From: an uncultured Alphaproteobacteria bacterium | Lineage (GTDB): Bacteria; Pseudomonadota; Alphaproteobacteria; Rs-D84 | DNA: 64,000 nucleotides | Direction of reading: 5' to 3' | Assembly (NCBI GenBank): GCA_905233975.1 | Contig: CAJOGD010000006.1 | Coordinates: forward strand, 19,609-83,608 | Position numbers and translations under genes: made by a program | The notes under the pieces: generated by a model | Told to the model about the DNA's origin: nothing | The model's database searches: none | The model's input: only the letters and a program-made list of their open reading frames with translations | Part shown: piece after piece, positions 1-9,366 of the stretch | Layout of the letters: every line of letters begins with the position of its first letter | Position numbering within the stretch: the first letter of the stretch is position 1

Positions 1-25
1 GCTTCGTGATAACAAAAGGACTGTT

Positions 26-748
26 ATGCAAAAATCCCCAGAACGAATCATTTTAGAAACACGCCTTGCAAGAATCCGACGCGACCCATATTATATAGGA
101 AGAATCCCGGCACCAGAATTGACCGATGAAATGTGCCATGTGGCAATGAAATGGGGCGCCGGTGATTATGAATTCTTCAAATGGTTCTTACAAAAATATC
201 CAGACTTTATGACCGAAGACTTATGTAAAATCGCCGTTGGTGCTGCGCCAAAGAAGAAAGACAGTGGCAAGCGGACACAAGAGACAAAATATGGAACGAT
301 TTCTTGTCAGATTTTATATAACTATTCTGAGCCTGTAATAAAATATGTTCCGGAACAGTTCCAAACTGCACCTGTTTTTCAGGAATCGGCAAAGCATGAT
401 TGGCGAACATTACTGTTTATGCCGGCTAAAATTCAATCATCGACACCGCTTCTTTGTGAATTTGCATTGGGATCGTGTGATGAAATTATGACCGATGATG
501 TCGATTCCACAAGGCGCCGAAAATCTCTTCTTAATGCTTTAGATAATTCTGTGTTTGAACAAAACCCATATATTTTTGATGGTCTGTATACGTTGCAACA
601 TGTGTCTGCCGATTGGGTAAAGACAAACCCAGAAGCGGTTTGTAGGATTTTGCAATTGTACCCCAAACAAAAAGGTTTATTAAAATATATATCTGGTGCC
701 GGGGGTGTGAACCCTGTTGCTGAATCTTTATCCGGCGCTCATAGATAA
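26..748 (+). CDS. Hypothetical protein with short helical repeats (DUF4116-like)
   Basis: 240 aa ORF with AAGGA RBS and repeated 'IP...T.E.C..A' / 'KYVPEQFQT' units. Confidence 0.6.
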   Translation: MQKSPERIILETRLARIRRDPYYIGRIPAPELTDEMCHVAMKWGAGDYEFFKWFLQKYPDFMTEDLCKIAVGAAPKKKDSGKRTQETKYGTISCQILYNYSEPVIKYVPEQFQTAPVFQESAKHDWRTLLFMPAKIQSSTPLLCEFALGSCDEIMTDDVDSTRRRKSLLNALDNSVFEQNPYIFDGLYTLQHVSADWVKTNPEAVCRILQLYPKQKGLLKYISGAGGVNPVAESLSGAHR

Positions 749-844
749 TAACTGGTTGTATATAAAGTTGATTCCGTCCCCACATTACACTTGACCGCCG
801 ACGCGAAATTTTTTTATAATCAAAAAAGCAAAGGGGGAAAGGTA

Positions 845-991
845 ATGAAAAAATTTATACTTGGCATGTTTATTTGTCTTGGGCTTGCCGGCTGTGGCCA
901 GATTTATGACCGCGAACCGGTTGGTATCGGATATGATACAAACGAACTGAAACTTAGTCCTTGCGCGTGCATTATGGTCTATCGCGCATAG
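845..991 (+). CDS. Small lipoprotein, VirB7-like (type IV secretion)
   Basis: 48 aa with lipobox LAGC and C-terminal KLSPCAC, resembling Rickettsiales VirB7; lies directly before two VirB8-like genes. Confidence 0.55.
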   Translation: MKKFILGMFICLGLAGCGQIYDREPVGIGYDTNELKLSPCACIMVYRA

Positions 992-1018
992 TGACAACGT
1001 TGTTGTGGGGGGGGAGCG

Positions 1019-1720
1019 TTGGATTACCCAGAAGATTTTGATACGCCCGCATTTCCCGCAGGGAAACGGATTGCGATTTCCCGCACGTTTGGCGTGTGGG
1101 TGATGTTCGTGTTTTTTCTTGTGGTGGCGTGCTGTATCGCAATACCATGGTTGCAAAACAATCGCACCGTCAGTCCGTATGTGATCTATGTTGACGGCAT
1201 GCATGGCAAATGGGAACTGCTGGGGCAAATCAAAGAAAATATTGTTGTGCCGTATTATGATTCGGCCCAGCGCGCGCTTGCCGGAATTTTCACAGAAAAA
1301 TGGTTCACTATTTCCGATACGCCTGAAAAAAATGCCAAGAATTGGCAGGAGTGTGATCGCGAGCAAGACTGTGCCGGTCGTATCAGCAATACTTTTGAAT
1401 CGTCCGCCGGGTGCGATTTATACTGTATGGCCGGCGATAATATGTATGCGCGCTTTGCCGAAAAAGTGTTGCCGATGTATAAATCGTACGAATCCATGGG
1501 GCAACGTTGGTATGTTGATACAAACAAAATCACAATCAGCCGCAGTGACGATGACGCGCACAGTGGCGGCATGTGGATTGTTCGGGCGCGCGTTCGTTCG
1601 AACCTTAACGGCGATTTTAATGTCATTGCGTATGTAAAGATTGCGCGCGATGTGGAAAGGTATCCGCAAACACTTGGGTTTTATGTGACGGATTTTAATG
1701 CGTACAGGGACGGCCAATGA
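1019..1720 (+). CDS. VirB8-like bitopic membrane protein
   Basis: One TM helix followed by 'VSPYVIYVD'; C-terminal 'PQTLGFYVTDF' resembles the VirB8 NPLGF.V motif; TTG start. Confidence 0.55.
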   Translation: MDYPEDFDTPAFPAGKRIAISRTFGVWVMFVFFLVVACCIAIPWLQNNRTVSPYVIYVDGMHGKWELLGQIKENIVVPYYDSAQRALAGIFTEKWFTISDTPEKNAKNWQECDREQDCAGRISNTFESSAGCDLYCMAGDNMYARFAEKVLPMYKSYESMGQRWYVDTNKITISRSDDDAHSGGMWIVRARVRSNLNGDFNVIAYVKIARDVERYPQTLGFYVTDFNAYRDGQ

Positions 1721-2382
1721 AAAGACTGATTGGATTTTTATTCGGACTTGCCACCATGGTGATGGTGTTCGGTGCGATTTATGTTGCCGCGTCGATATAT
1801 GACACCACCGACAAATTTGTTATCGAACCATATTTCTTGCGCACAGGCGCCCGGTCGTCCGACCTGCCGGGGTTGCCGAAATCTTTGGCCGAGGTGGGCA
1901 AAAGAAAGATGCGCGATTGGCTGATTCAAAAATATGTGACGGAATATTTCTATATTGTTCCGGACGCGGAAAACATCAATCGTCGAATGACCGCGGCGTT
2001 TAATTCCCCGCTGTATATCATGTCTTCACCCGCGGCGTTCGCGGAATGGCGGCAAAAGGTTGCACCCGAAATGCGCAACATGGCCGAAGACGGCGTGCGC
2101 CGGACCGTCACCATATTTAACGGAATCTTCAAACCGGACCAGAGCGATTATTGGAGAGTTGATTATGAATTAAAAACATGGTATAAACCAAATGATGTAT
2201 CCGAAGTCCCCGAAATAACGCGTGGCACGATGTATCTGGATATTGGTGGCGACATGCATATCGATACCATTGGCAACGTGAAACAACCGATAGAGGAAGT
2301 CCAGGCGGCATTGAAACGTGGAATTGATCCGGCGGCGGTCTTTGTGTTCACAGTTAGGCGGGTCTTGGACGAAAAGAGATAA
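1717..2382 (+). CDS. Second VirB8-like/periplasmic membrane protein
   Basis: N-terminal TM helix, 'IEPYF', 'LIQKYVTEYF', 'MSSPAAFAEW'; ATGA overlap with the previous gene. Confidence 0.45.
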   Translation: MKRLIGFLFGLATMVMVFGAIYVAASIYDTTDKFVIEPYFLRTGARSSDLPGLPKSLAEVGKRKMRDWLIQKYVTEYFYIVPDAENINRRMTAAFNSPLYIMSSPAAFAEWRQKVAPEMRNMAEDGVRRTVTIFNGIFKPDQSDYWRVDYELKTWYKPNDVSEVPEITRGTMYLDIGGDMHIDTIGNVKQPIEEVQAALKRGIDPAAVFVFTVRRVLDEKR

Positions 2383-2383
2383 G

Positions 2384-3181
2384 ATGAAGCGCATTATTGT
2401 TGGATTTTTTGTGTGTCTGTTATGTGTCGCCGCGCGCGCAGATGAATTTGATGACCTGTTTGCCGACGAAAACGCAAATTTCGATGACTATTATATTGAA
2501 AATAGCGAGAACACCAATATGGAGTGCAGTTTGGATACCGTATCGATAAACGACGGTGCGATGACGGTGCCGGTCGCGGATTTCGATATCGCGGGTATCA
2601 TGTTGGGAATGAGTTTTGACGAGGTTCAATTTGTCGCGGCGGCGGACGGGCTTTATGCCGAACGGCCAAAGAACAGTGTCGTGTATTCCATTCACCCCGA
2701 TTGGAAATACAACCTGGATTATGAATGTCGGCGAATGAAAATCTATGCGCCGGCGGCATTGGAAAAATGTATAAATTCATTCGCGCGAAATCGCGGTGTA
2801 TTGTATGCGTCGGAATTGCACCTGGTGCGCGGTGTGACGGGTGAAACGATTGATGTTTTCTTTACAAGCAACGCAACCGATAACGTCGTGTGGAAAATCG
2901 TCTATAAAAATGACACCGATGAAATCGAAGGCGATGCGGAAAAGTTTGAAAACCAGCGCAATAAAAAAACCATGTATTGGTGGCAAAATGTCGTTGATAA
3001 ATACGGCATTCCAAATGCCGGCGCGTCCCGCTGGGCAAGTTCGGATAATTCATTCGACCCGATGATGACGGCGTATTTTGGCGAACTTGAATTAATTGAT
3101 TGTGGCAAACATACCGAAGACAGCACGCTGAATGTGCAACAGGCCCAGGATAATTTTGCCGCAGAACCCTATGCATTTTAG
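2384..3181 (+). CDS. Exported hypothetical protein
   Basis: Signal peptide MKRIIVGFFVCLLCVAARA; 'FDIAGIMLGMS' motif; in operon. Confidence 0.7.
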   Translation: MKRIIVGFFVCLLCVAARADEFDDLFADENANFDDYYIENSENTNMECSLDTVSINDGAMTVPVADFDIAGIMLGMSFDEVQFVAAADGLYAERPKNSVVYSIHPDWKYNLDYECRRMKIYAPAALEKCINSFARNRGVLYASELHLVRGVTGETIDVFFTSNATDNVVWKIVYKNDTDEIEGDAEKFENQRNKKTMYWWQNVVDKYGIPNAGASRWASSDNSFDPMMTAYFGELELIDCGKHTEDSTLNVQQAQDNFAAEPYAF

Positions 3182-3183
3182 AT

Positions 3184-3525
3184 ATGGATTCATACCGGAC
3201 CGGCATTATTTCGGAATTTGTCGCGCGCATGTTTTTAATGCTGCATGGGTTTCGTGTTTTGCACCGGCGATATACAACGGGCCGCTATACCGGGCGCGCA
3301 GAAATTGATATTATTGCGCGGCGCGGGAAACTTATTATTTTTGTAGAGGTAAAAAAGCGTCGCGACGTCATGACCGCGTGGGGTGCGATTACGCCCACGC
3401 AACAGCGGCGATTGCGATTGGCGGCGGAAACATTCTTGTTGCAACGGCGGTGGCGCGGCGACGCACGATTTGACGTAATCATCATTCATGGCCGGCATAT
3501 CGATTGGATAAAGAATGCGTTTTAG
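3184..3525 (+). CDS. yraN: YraN family (UPF0102) nuclease-like protein
   Basis: EIDIIA...IFVEVKKR...RFDVI motifs. Confidence 0.85.
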   Translation: MDSYRTGIISEFVARMFLMLHGFRVLHRRYTTGRYTGRAEIDIIARRGKLIIFVEVKKRRDVMTAWGAITPTQQRRLRLAAETFLLQRRWRGDARFDVIIIHGRHIDWIKNAF

Positions 3526-3614
3526 TGTTAGTGTTCCCACTTCGCCAAGGCTTCGTGGGACGGGGGTTAGTGCGGGCGCGTCGCGCCCGTTTTTGTTTCC
3601 GTCATAAAAAAGAA

Positions 3615-3649
3615 CGCCGTCACCCCGCTGTAAAGCGGGGAATGACGGG
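3615..3649. repeat. Short CGTC-type REP palindrome
   Basis: cgccgtcaccccgctgtaaagcggggaatgacggg; same ends as the elements at 50692 and 55604. Confidence 0.65.
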
Positions 3650-3662
3650 CCGCTAATTACCG

Positions 3663-4826
3663 TTATTGATTCTGGGGGATATAGACGTTGGTGCTGACCT
3701 CTGGGCCGGCGGCAAAGTTTGTGTTGGCCGGAACACTGGGGAAGAAGCGCCGCGACACCGTATCATACATACCGACCTTGTTATCACTGTTTTGACGCGC
3801 GGGAAACCCGTTAAACACGAACGTCCCCGATGCATCTTTTATCCATATACGATACACCTTTGCAGAAATTTTTTGTCCGGCCACCCCCTCTATATTATTC
3901 GCAAATAAAAACATTCTTAATGTATTATCAGAAACTCTGGTTTGCGTAAAATTTTGTATGGTTCCATCAAAATCTATTGTAATATTATTTTCATTGTCAA
4001 TCGTTGTATGTATTGTATGTCTGGCGGTGGGATTTGTAAGGCTTATAGAACTATACGATGTTGAAGTTGAATTATACAACCTTAGAGCCCCGCCGGCGAA
4101 ATAGTATGTTTGCCGTAAATTATAGCTATTCGCATTTGATTGACACCCCATCAACGTCACATTACCCGCGTCGGTAGTTTTTTGGAAATCTATAAATACC
4201 TCACTTGCCAATTGGTCTAACACAACACCTGTATCAATATATTGATGCCCGTCGGATTCAATCCATTTTAATTCTGTATATCCGTCTGGCAAAGAATGTC
4301 CCGCTGCACCATTGTGGATTTCCCATAGCCAACAAGTACCGGTGACTGGTTGCCGGTTGTCGGAACATACGAATTCTCGGTCAAGACCATTTTTGAGTGC
4401 GGCGTTAAATGTTTTTGCGTCAATCAGGTTGTCGGATTGGTCGGCGTATGTGCCGGTTGTTTGATAAATTCCCTTTCGTCCGATTTGCCCGGCCGTTCCG
4501 GTGTAGGTGACGGCGGTGTGATCGTTAACCGCGGCGATGTCGTCCTGTTTTTGGTTTAACTTTGTATTCACACCACCAACCATGGGCAGCGATTCGGTAC
4601 CTCCGTTATCCAGGTCCGATGTGACGGCGCGTTTTTGAACATCGCCGGCCGCGTTGGTGTATTCCATGGCCTTGTTATTATCCGCGCCGAATTTATTCTG
4701 ACGCGTATCCAATTCATGTTCGACGTATTTCAACGACGTTGCGGTTTTCCGATCCGCCACTTCTTCCGCCACCGCCGGCAACGCCGCCGCAATTAACCCG
4801 AATAACAAAAACTTTTTCAATTGCAT
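3663..4826 (-). CDS. Secreted modular fibre/adhesin-like protein, paralog A (constant N-terminus + domain X + YIPQNQ)
   Basis: Signal peptide; about 170 aa near-identical to 50846..52351 and 59859..60827; 'LPDGYTELKWIESDGHQYIDTG...GMYDTV' domain. Confidence 0.8.
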   Translation of the reverse strand: MQLKKFLLFGLIAAALPAVAEEVADRKTATSLKYVEHELDTRQNKFGADNNKAMEYTNAAGDVQKRAVTSDLDNGGTESLPMVGGVNTKLNQKQDDIAAVNDHTAVTYTGTAGQIGRKGIYQTTGTYADQSDNLIDAKTFNAALKNGLDREFVCSDNRQPVTGTCWLWEIHNGAAGHSLPDGYTELKWIESDGHQYIDTGVVLDQLASEVFIDFQKTTDAGNVTLMGCQSNANSYNLRQTYYFAGGALRLYNSTSTSYSSISLTNPTARHTIHTTIDNENNITIDFDGTIQNFTQTRVSDNTLRMFLFANNIEGVAGQKISAKVYRIWIKDASGTFVFNGFPARQNSDNKVGMYDTVSRRFFPSVPANTNFAAGPEVSTNVYIPQNQ

Positions 4827-4861
4827 TTGACTCTCCTTGTTCCTTTCACTGGCCGCTAACA

Positions 4862-5050
4862 AAAACACCACCGAAAACGTGTGGTTGGAGGTTCAAGACA
4901 ATTTAAGGAAATTGTGTGCTTATTTTGACAGGCCCATTGGACCCACATTATTCGCATCCCTCCAACCAATTTTGGTTGGAGTTTTTGTCGATAACATGAC
5001 TCGACATCCTTAAACGGGTCTTGACACCCCATCGGCAGAATTCCCACCGA
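4862..5050 (-). ncRNA. Putative structured leader RNA, copy upstream of paralog A
   Basis: Minus strand GTGGGAA...GGGG; pairings tcaagac/gtcttga and tttaagga/tccttaaa; internal hairpins tgtcga/tcgaca and ctccaaccaa/ttggttggag. Confidence 0.55.
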
Positions 5051-5057
5051 CAAATCT

Positions 5058-5087
5058 ATTCTAACAAAAAACGAAAAGGTAAATCAA
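5058..5087 (-). promoter_or_regulatory. Sigma70 promoter with extended -10
   Basis: TTGATT-18 nt-TAGAAT with TG at the extended position. Confidence 0.6.
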
Positions 5088-5180
5088 GATAAAAGTGTTA
5101 GTGGTTAGTAGTCTCTAGAATTTGTTTGTAATTGTGAAATTATTCAAGATTCTACTAACCACTATCCACTTACACTAACA

Positions 5181-5438
5181 CTATTTTATCACTGCCGTTT
5201 TAATCAGTGTTAAATCTTCTTTGATGCCGTCGATTTTTAATTGTAATTGCCCTATTCCGGTTTCCAAAATGGTCGTCCGGTTTTCAAGTGTCGTTATGCG
5301 TGTCGTCAATCGGTCAAGTTCGACCAGTGCGTTATCTTGGCGGGCGGCCCAATATATAAGGCCCGCAATAAAGGCGATTAAAAACCAACCACTGCGCAGT
5401 GTGTCGATAATACCCATAAGGCCGTTAGACTTTGGCAT
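5181..5438 (-). CDS. Small membrane protein with coiled coil (phage lysis/haemolysin XhlA-like?)
   Basis: One TM helix followed by a heptad coiled coil; last gene of the virion operon. Confidence 0.5.
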   Translation of the reverse strand: MPKSNGLMGIIDTLRSGWFLIAFIAGLIYWAARQDNALVELDRLTTRITTLENRTTILETGIGQLQLKIDGIKEDLTLIKTAVIK

Positions 5439-5631
5439 TGTTACGCCCCCTTTCAATTAAAGTTTCAATTTGATGCACGATTGCGCGTGCGCCCTCCAGC
5501 GCGCGCAGTTCGCCGTCCGTCGCGTGTGGCCCCAGCACCCTTTCGATTGTTATCCGGCGCAGGTGTTCAATGACCGCCCGCCCGGACGCGCCCGCAAAAG
5601 TGCGGGCGTATTCGTGTGCGATTTTTTCCAT
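5425..5631 (-). CDS. Bbp19-like phage protein
   Basis: 'YARTFAGASGRAVIEHL...LEGARAIVHQI' is typical of the small gene following BPP-1-like portals. Confidence 0.65.
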   Translation of the reverse strand: MEKIAHEYARTFAGASGRAVIEHLRRITIERVLGPHATDGELRALEGARAIVHQIETLIERGRNNAKV

Positions 5632-5641
5632 ATGTGTCCCC

Positions 5642-6868
5642 CTATATCAATGTGCCGTTTTCCGCAACCATTTGCGCAATCGGCGCAATGTATTTTAATT
5701 CCGCGTCACTGTGCAGCGATATTTTGTCGATTACGCCACGCCGCGCAAGGATTTGCAATCCGCGGTCGCAAAGCGGTCTGATAAATTCGTGCAACAGTCG
5801 GCCATACGTCGCACCCAGTATGCGCAGCATGTCTGCGTTCCGCGCAAGTATTTCCGTCGCCGTCATTTCTTTGTCCGAAAGCGTGCCGATTCTGTCCGCA
5901 AGCATTGTGTGGCGGATGCGTTCGCGCAGGTCTTTTAGAATTATTTGCGACACATCAAAATTTGCACCCGTTGCAAGTGGCGTAAGGCCGGTACTGCCCA
6001 CCGCTTTGGGGATTATCGCACCGGGGGTAAGGTTTATGTTGCCAAGGTTTATGACGCCGTCATCGTCGGCCTGCCATATGCCACTGACCGCGATGGTTGC
6101 GTTTTTTAGGACAAGTTCGACGACCTTGTTCGCGGTTTTGATATCAGGTAGCGCCCGCAGCACCGGGCCGCGGCCGTACTGTTCGCCGCTTGCCAATGCC
6201 CAACGAAAGATGATGTATGGGTTCGTTTCGAATGTGCCACGTGACACGATATTATTTTCCAAATCGCCACCAACATCTATCCATGCGGTAAATTCCGTAT
6301 CGACCAATGCCTGAACCAGGCGCAATTGGTATTCCGGATTTTGCTTTATCGCGTCAAGGATTGCGCGTGGCGGCGTCCATTCGGGATAACGACGCGCAAT
6401 ATCTTGGGCACAAAGCGTTGCCGTATGAAAGACCGCGTTCGGCAAAATTGCAATATCTGACATTGGGATTGCGGTAAATGTAAATGCACTTGCCGCGCCA
6501 ATCGGCGATTCAGACATAAACAGACATGCCGTTCCCATCGTCACAAGATCCATATAGCATTGATGAATCGTCGTATAAAAATTCGATTCGTTCAGGTTTG
6601 AACGCAGTGCCATTGTCGCCGCAACCGCGTCCGGTGATTCATTTGATTCCGGCACAAGGTTCAGCCACAATGATTCCGGCGGTGTGAGTAATGAATACAT
6701 GCATGCCGCCAAATTATCCGCCGCGTCCGCCGCCGTTCCATCGAACAATGTTGCGATTTCTTCGTCGGTCGTTGGCATTGTATAGCGGCGCGCATCGGAC
6801 CAACGCTTTATCCATGGTTCGCGCAAGGCCAGCGCACGTGAATACATTTTTTGTAAGTCATATTTCAT
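5642..6868 (-). CDS. Phage portal (head-tail connector), T7/BPP-1-like
   Basis: 'LFDGTA', 'RW...GEQYGRGP...ALPDIKTAN', 'MTATEI..R' motifs. Confidence 0.9.
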   Translation of the reverse strand: MKYDLQKMYSRALALREPWIKRWSDARRYTMPTTDEEIATLFDGTAADAADNLAACMYSLLTPPESLWLNLVPESNESPDAVAATMALRSNLNESNFYTTIHQCYMDLVTMGTACLFMSESPIGAASAFTFTAIPMSDIAILPNAVFHTATLCAQDIARRYPEWTPPRAILDAIKQNPEYQLRLVQALVDTEFTAWIDVGGDLENNIVSRGTFETNPYIIFRWALASGEQYGRGPVLRALPDIKTANKVVELVLKNATIAVSGIWQADDDGVINLGNINLTPGAIIPKAVGSTGLTPLATGANFDVSQIILKDLRERIRHTMLADRIGTLSDKEMTATEILARNADMLRILGATYGRLLHEFIRPLCDRGLQILARRGVIDKISLHSDAELKYIAPIAQMVAENGTLI

Positions 6869-6883
6869 TTCTTTTCCTTTTGG

Positions 6884-7732
6884 TTAGAGTTTAAATTCTG
6901 TGTTCGCAATAAATTGGCGAACGTTTGTTCCAATTGGACGCATCGGCACAGATTGGCATAAAATTGCCCCGGCGACCGCGTCCAGCCCATCGTCATGTTC
7001 GCCGCCACCGTTCGGTGTCCATGCCAACATTTCTGAGATAAAAGGTGTTTGTGTTATGCGTCGATGCGCATAAAGGCGACCGGTCGTAAGCAACGGTTCA
7101 ATCGCGTCCAAAATTCTATCTTCTTTGCGGCGACTGTTGGTTATAGGGCGAATTTGTATTTCATAGCCCGCGTGCGCAATTGTGTCGCGCATTATTTCCG
7201 GCAACGCCGCACCGATTCCGTTTGTTTCCACGCAAAGCGTCCTTTGCCGGTGCATGCGCACAAACGAAAGCACATGTTCACACTGATATGCCAACGGGTA
7301 TTCTATGCCGTCCGGCACGACAAGATATGTTATATCGTGGATAAACACGCGGTGGCCACGATCGTCACGATAGGCAATAACGCAAACACTGTTGTCTGAA
7401 TTGCGTCGGCCGCCCGATGGGTCCCAATAAATTATTGCGCCTGTTATCGGGGTTTCGCCGATTCTGCATCCATGCGGGTCAAAATCATCGTCATAGAATT
7501 TGATTCCGCCTGGATCAAGACGGATTTTATCGGGCGCAACGAATTGCAACATCATTTGCGCCGAAAAATGTCTATCGCCGACAGTTTCCCTTATTTTTTC
7601 TATCCTTTCTATTGGAAAAACGGCCGGCCACGCGGAATTTCCGTCCACATCAACGATCGGTATTTTTAATTCCGAATAGCCCGATAAAAAAGGCGTTGAA
7701 AAAACATTTTTTTCGTATACTATGTTTGACAT
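6884..7732 (-). CDS. Terminase large subunit, C-terminal nuclease half
   Basis: 'AWP..F', 'FSAQMM', 'YWDPS', 'VETNG.G', 'KEDRI', 'HDDGLDAVAGA'; GGAG RBS about 9 nt upstream. Confidence 0.85.
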   Translation of the reverse strand: MSNIVYEKNVFSTPFLSGYSELKIPIVDVDGNSAWPAVFPIERIEKIRETVGDRHFSAQMMLQFVAPDKIRLDPGGIKFYDDDFDPHGCRIGETPITGAIIYWDPSGGRRNSDNSVCVIAYRDDRGHRVFIHDITYLVVPDGIEYPLAYQCEHVLSFVRMHRQRTLCVETNGIGAALPEIMRDTIAHAGYEIQIRPITNSRRKEDRILDAIEPLLTTGRLYAHRRITQTPFISEMLAWTPNGGGEHDDGLDAVAGAILCQSVPMRPIGTNVRQFIANTEFKL

Positions 7733-9272
7733 GGACTTTACTCCCAAAACTTTACCAACGAATTTAGAGGCCGAACAGGCCGTATTGGCCGCGGTATTGA
7801 TGAAAAACCGGGCACTTGAAAAAATTTCTGAATTCTTGCGGCCCGAAGATTTTTCACACCCCGCGCACCAAGAAATTTATAAACTTGCCCTACGCCAGTT
7901 CGCGGCCGGGATTCCGTTTGATATAATCACCGCGAAAACATACCTTGACCAACAGGGAACTTTAGAATCGGTCGGTGGTGTAGAATACCTTAGTCAGTTG
8001 GCAAGTGCCGGCGCAACCGTTGTAAATGTTGAACAGTATGGCCGTATCGTACATGAAAACGCCGTTCGACGTGAATTGATTGACTTTGGCCAATCAATTA
8101 CAGATGCCGCATTTGTTGAAGACCTTGATAATCCGGTGTCCGCACAAATTGAAGCGGCGGAACAAAAACTTTTCAACCTTGCCATGACCGGGGACACAAC
8201 GCGCGATGTTGTCCCGATTGCGAACGCGTTAAAAGATGCATTGGCCGAGGCAGAGATCGCATACAAGGCCGACGGAAAACTTTCCGGGCTTACCACCGGG
8301 CTTACCGATTTAGATCGCGCAATAAGTGGCATGCACAAATCTAATTTACTAATTATTGCCGGACGCCCGGGTATGGGAAAAACCGCACTTGCCATGAACA
8401 TCGCGTTCAATGCGGCAAATGCAATTTATTCTGGGCGCGCGAACGAACAGTATAAGGGTGCCGTTGCATTTTTCAGTTTGGAAATGGGCGCGTCTGAATT
8501 GGCCGCACGTGTTTTATCGTCCCAATCCAGAATTTCCGCATCGGCAATGCGCGAAGGGTCGCTTACCGATGAAGATTTCCTTAAAATGGCCCAGTTTTCC
8601 GACGCAATCGGACGAATCCCGTTGTTTATTGATGATACGCCGGGCATGTCTTTGCCAATGATTCGCACGCGTGTGCGGCGTCTTGCGCGAAAATATAATG
8701 GCATCGCGTTAATCGTTATCGACTATTTACAATTGTTGACATCGCCGGGCGGCAAAAACAAAGATAATCGTGTTCAGGAATTATCCGAAATTACACGCGG
8801 CCTTAAAATGATGGCCAAGGAATTCAATGTCCCGGTTATCGCACTATCGCAATTATCGCGCAGTGTTGAAAGTCGCGATGACAAGCGTCCACAACTTGCG
8901 GATTTACGTGAATCGGGGTCTATTGAACAAGATGCCGACATTGTTATGTTCACTTATCGTGAAGAATATTATTTGCAAAATCGCGATCCGTCGCGGCGGC
9001 TTTCTAATACCCCGAATGAAAAGTCTGTTGATTCGTGGCAAAATCGTCTTGAAAAGGCCAAAGGCAAGGCAGACATTATCATCGGCAAGAATCGTCATGG
9101 TCGAACAGATACAATTAACGTCGCCTTTTTGGCAGAGTATAGTTTATTCGACAACCTTAATGAAATGGCCAACCGCGTTCCAGAATTTGCACCGGACACG
9201 CCGGCCCAATCTGAACCCGGGGATATACCAACACCAATTGATATTGATGCAATCCCAGATGATTTTGAATAA
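7731..9272 (+). CDS. dnaB: Replicative DNA helicase DnaB
   Basis: EAEQAVL, Walker A GRPGMGKT, FSLEM, IDYLQL, LSQLSR, DLRESGSIEQDAD. Confidence 0.95.
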   Translation: MDFTPKTLPTNLEAEQAVLAAVLMKNRALEKISEFLRPEDFSHPAHQEIYKLALRQFAAGIPFDIITAKTYLDQQGTLESVGGVEYLSQLASAGATVVNVEQYGRIVHENAVRRELIDFGQSITDAAFVEDLDNPVSAQIEAAEQKLFNLAMTGDTTRDVVPIANALKDALAEAEIAYKADGKLSGLTTGLTDLDRAISGMHKSNLLIIAGRPGMGKTALAMNIAFNAANAIYSGRANEQYKGAVAFFSLEMGASELAARVLSSQSRISASAMREGSLTDEDFLKMAQFSDAIGRIPLFIDDTPGMSLPMIRTRVRRLARKYNGIALIVIDYLQLLTSPGGKNKDNRVQELSEITRGLKMMAKEFNVPVIALSQLSRSVESRDDKRPQLADLRESGSIEQDADIVMFTYREEYYLQNRDPSRRLSNTPNEKSVDSWQNRLEKAKGKADIIIGKNRHGRTDTINVAFLAEYSLFDNLNEMANRVPEFAPDTPAQSEPGDIPTPIDIDAIPDDFE

Positions 9273-9366
9273 GTGACCACTAACACTCGCCACTATTCAC
9301 TTTTTACTTGCTATGGTTTAAAAAATTCCTTATCCTTTTGTCAAGGTTTATACCAAGGAGTGTCTT

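Noticed and set aside
1007-1014. G8 tract before the virB8-like TTG start as a phase-variation switch
   Set aside because: It lies upstream of a usable start and overlaps the RBS; removing one G adds only about 9 residues, and there is no evidence of variability
3663-4826. Variable proteins as diversity-generating retroelement targets
   Set aside because: No reverse transcriptase and no TR/VR pair differing only at adenines; variation is by whole domains
5616-6314. Long antisense ORFs such as 5616..6314, 10302..10991, 56811..57437 and 58769..59431
   Set aside because: Shadows of well-supported genes on the opposite strand, with no motifs or RBS
7731-9272. dnaB as a phage replication gene (making the module a full prophage)
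   Set aside because: Full-length host-type alphaproteobacterial DnaB on the opposite strand, with no initiator, primase or integrase nearby
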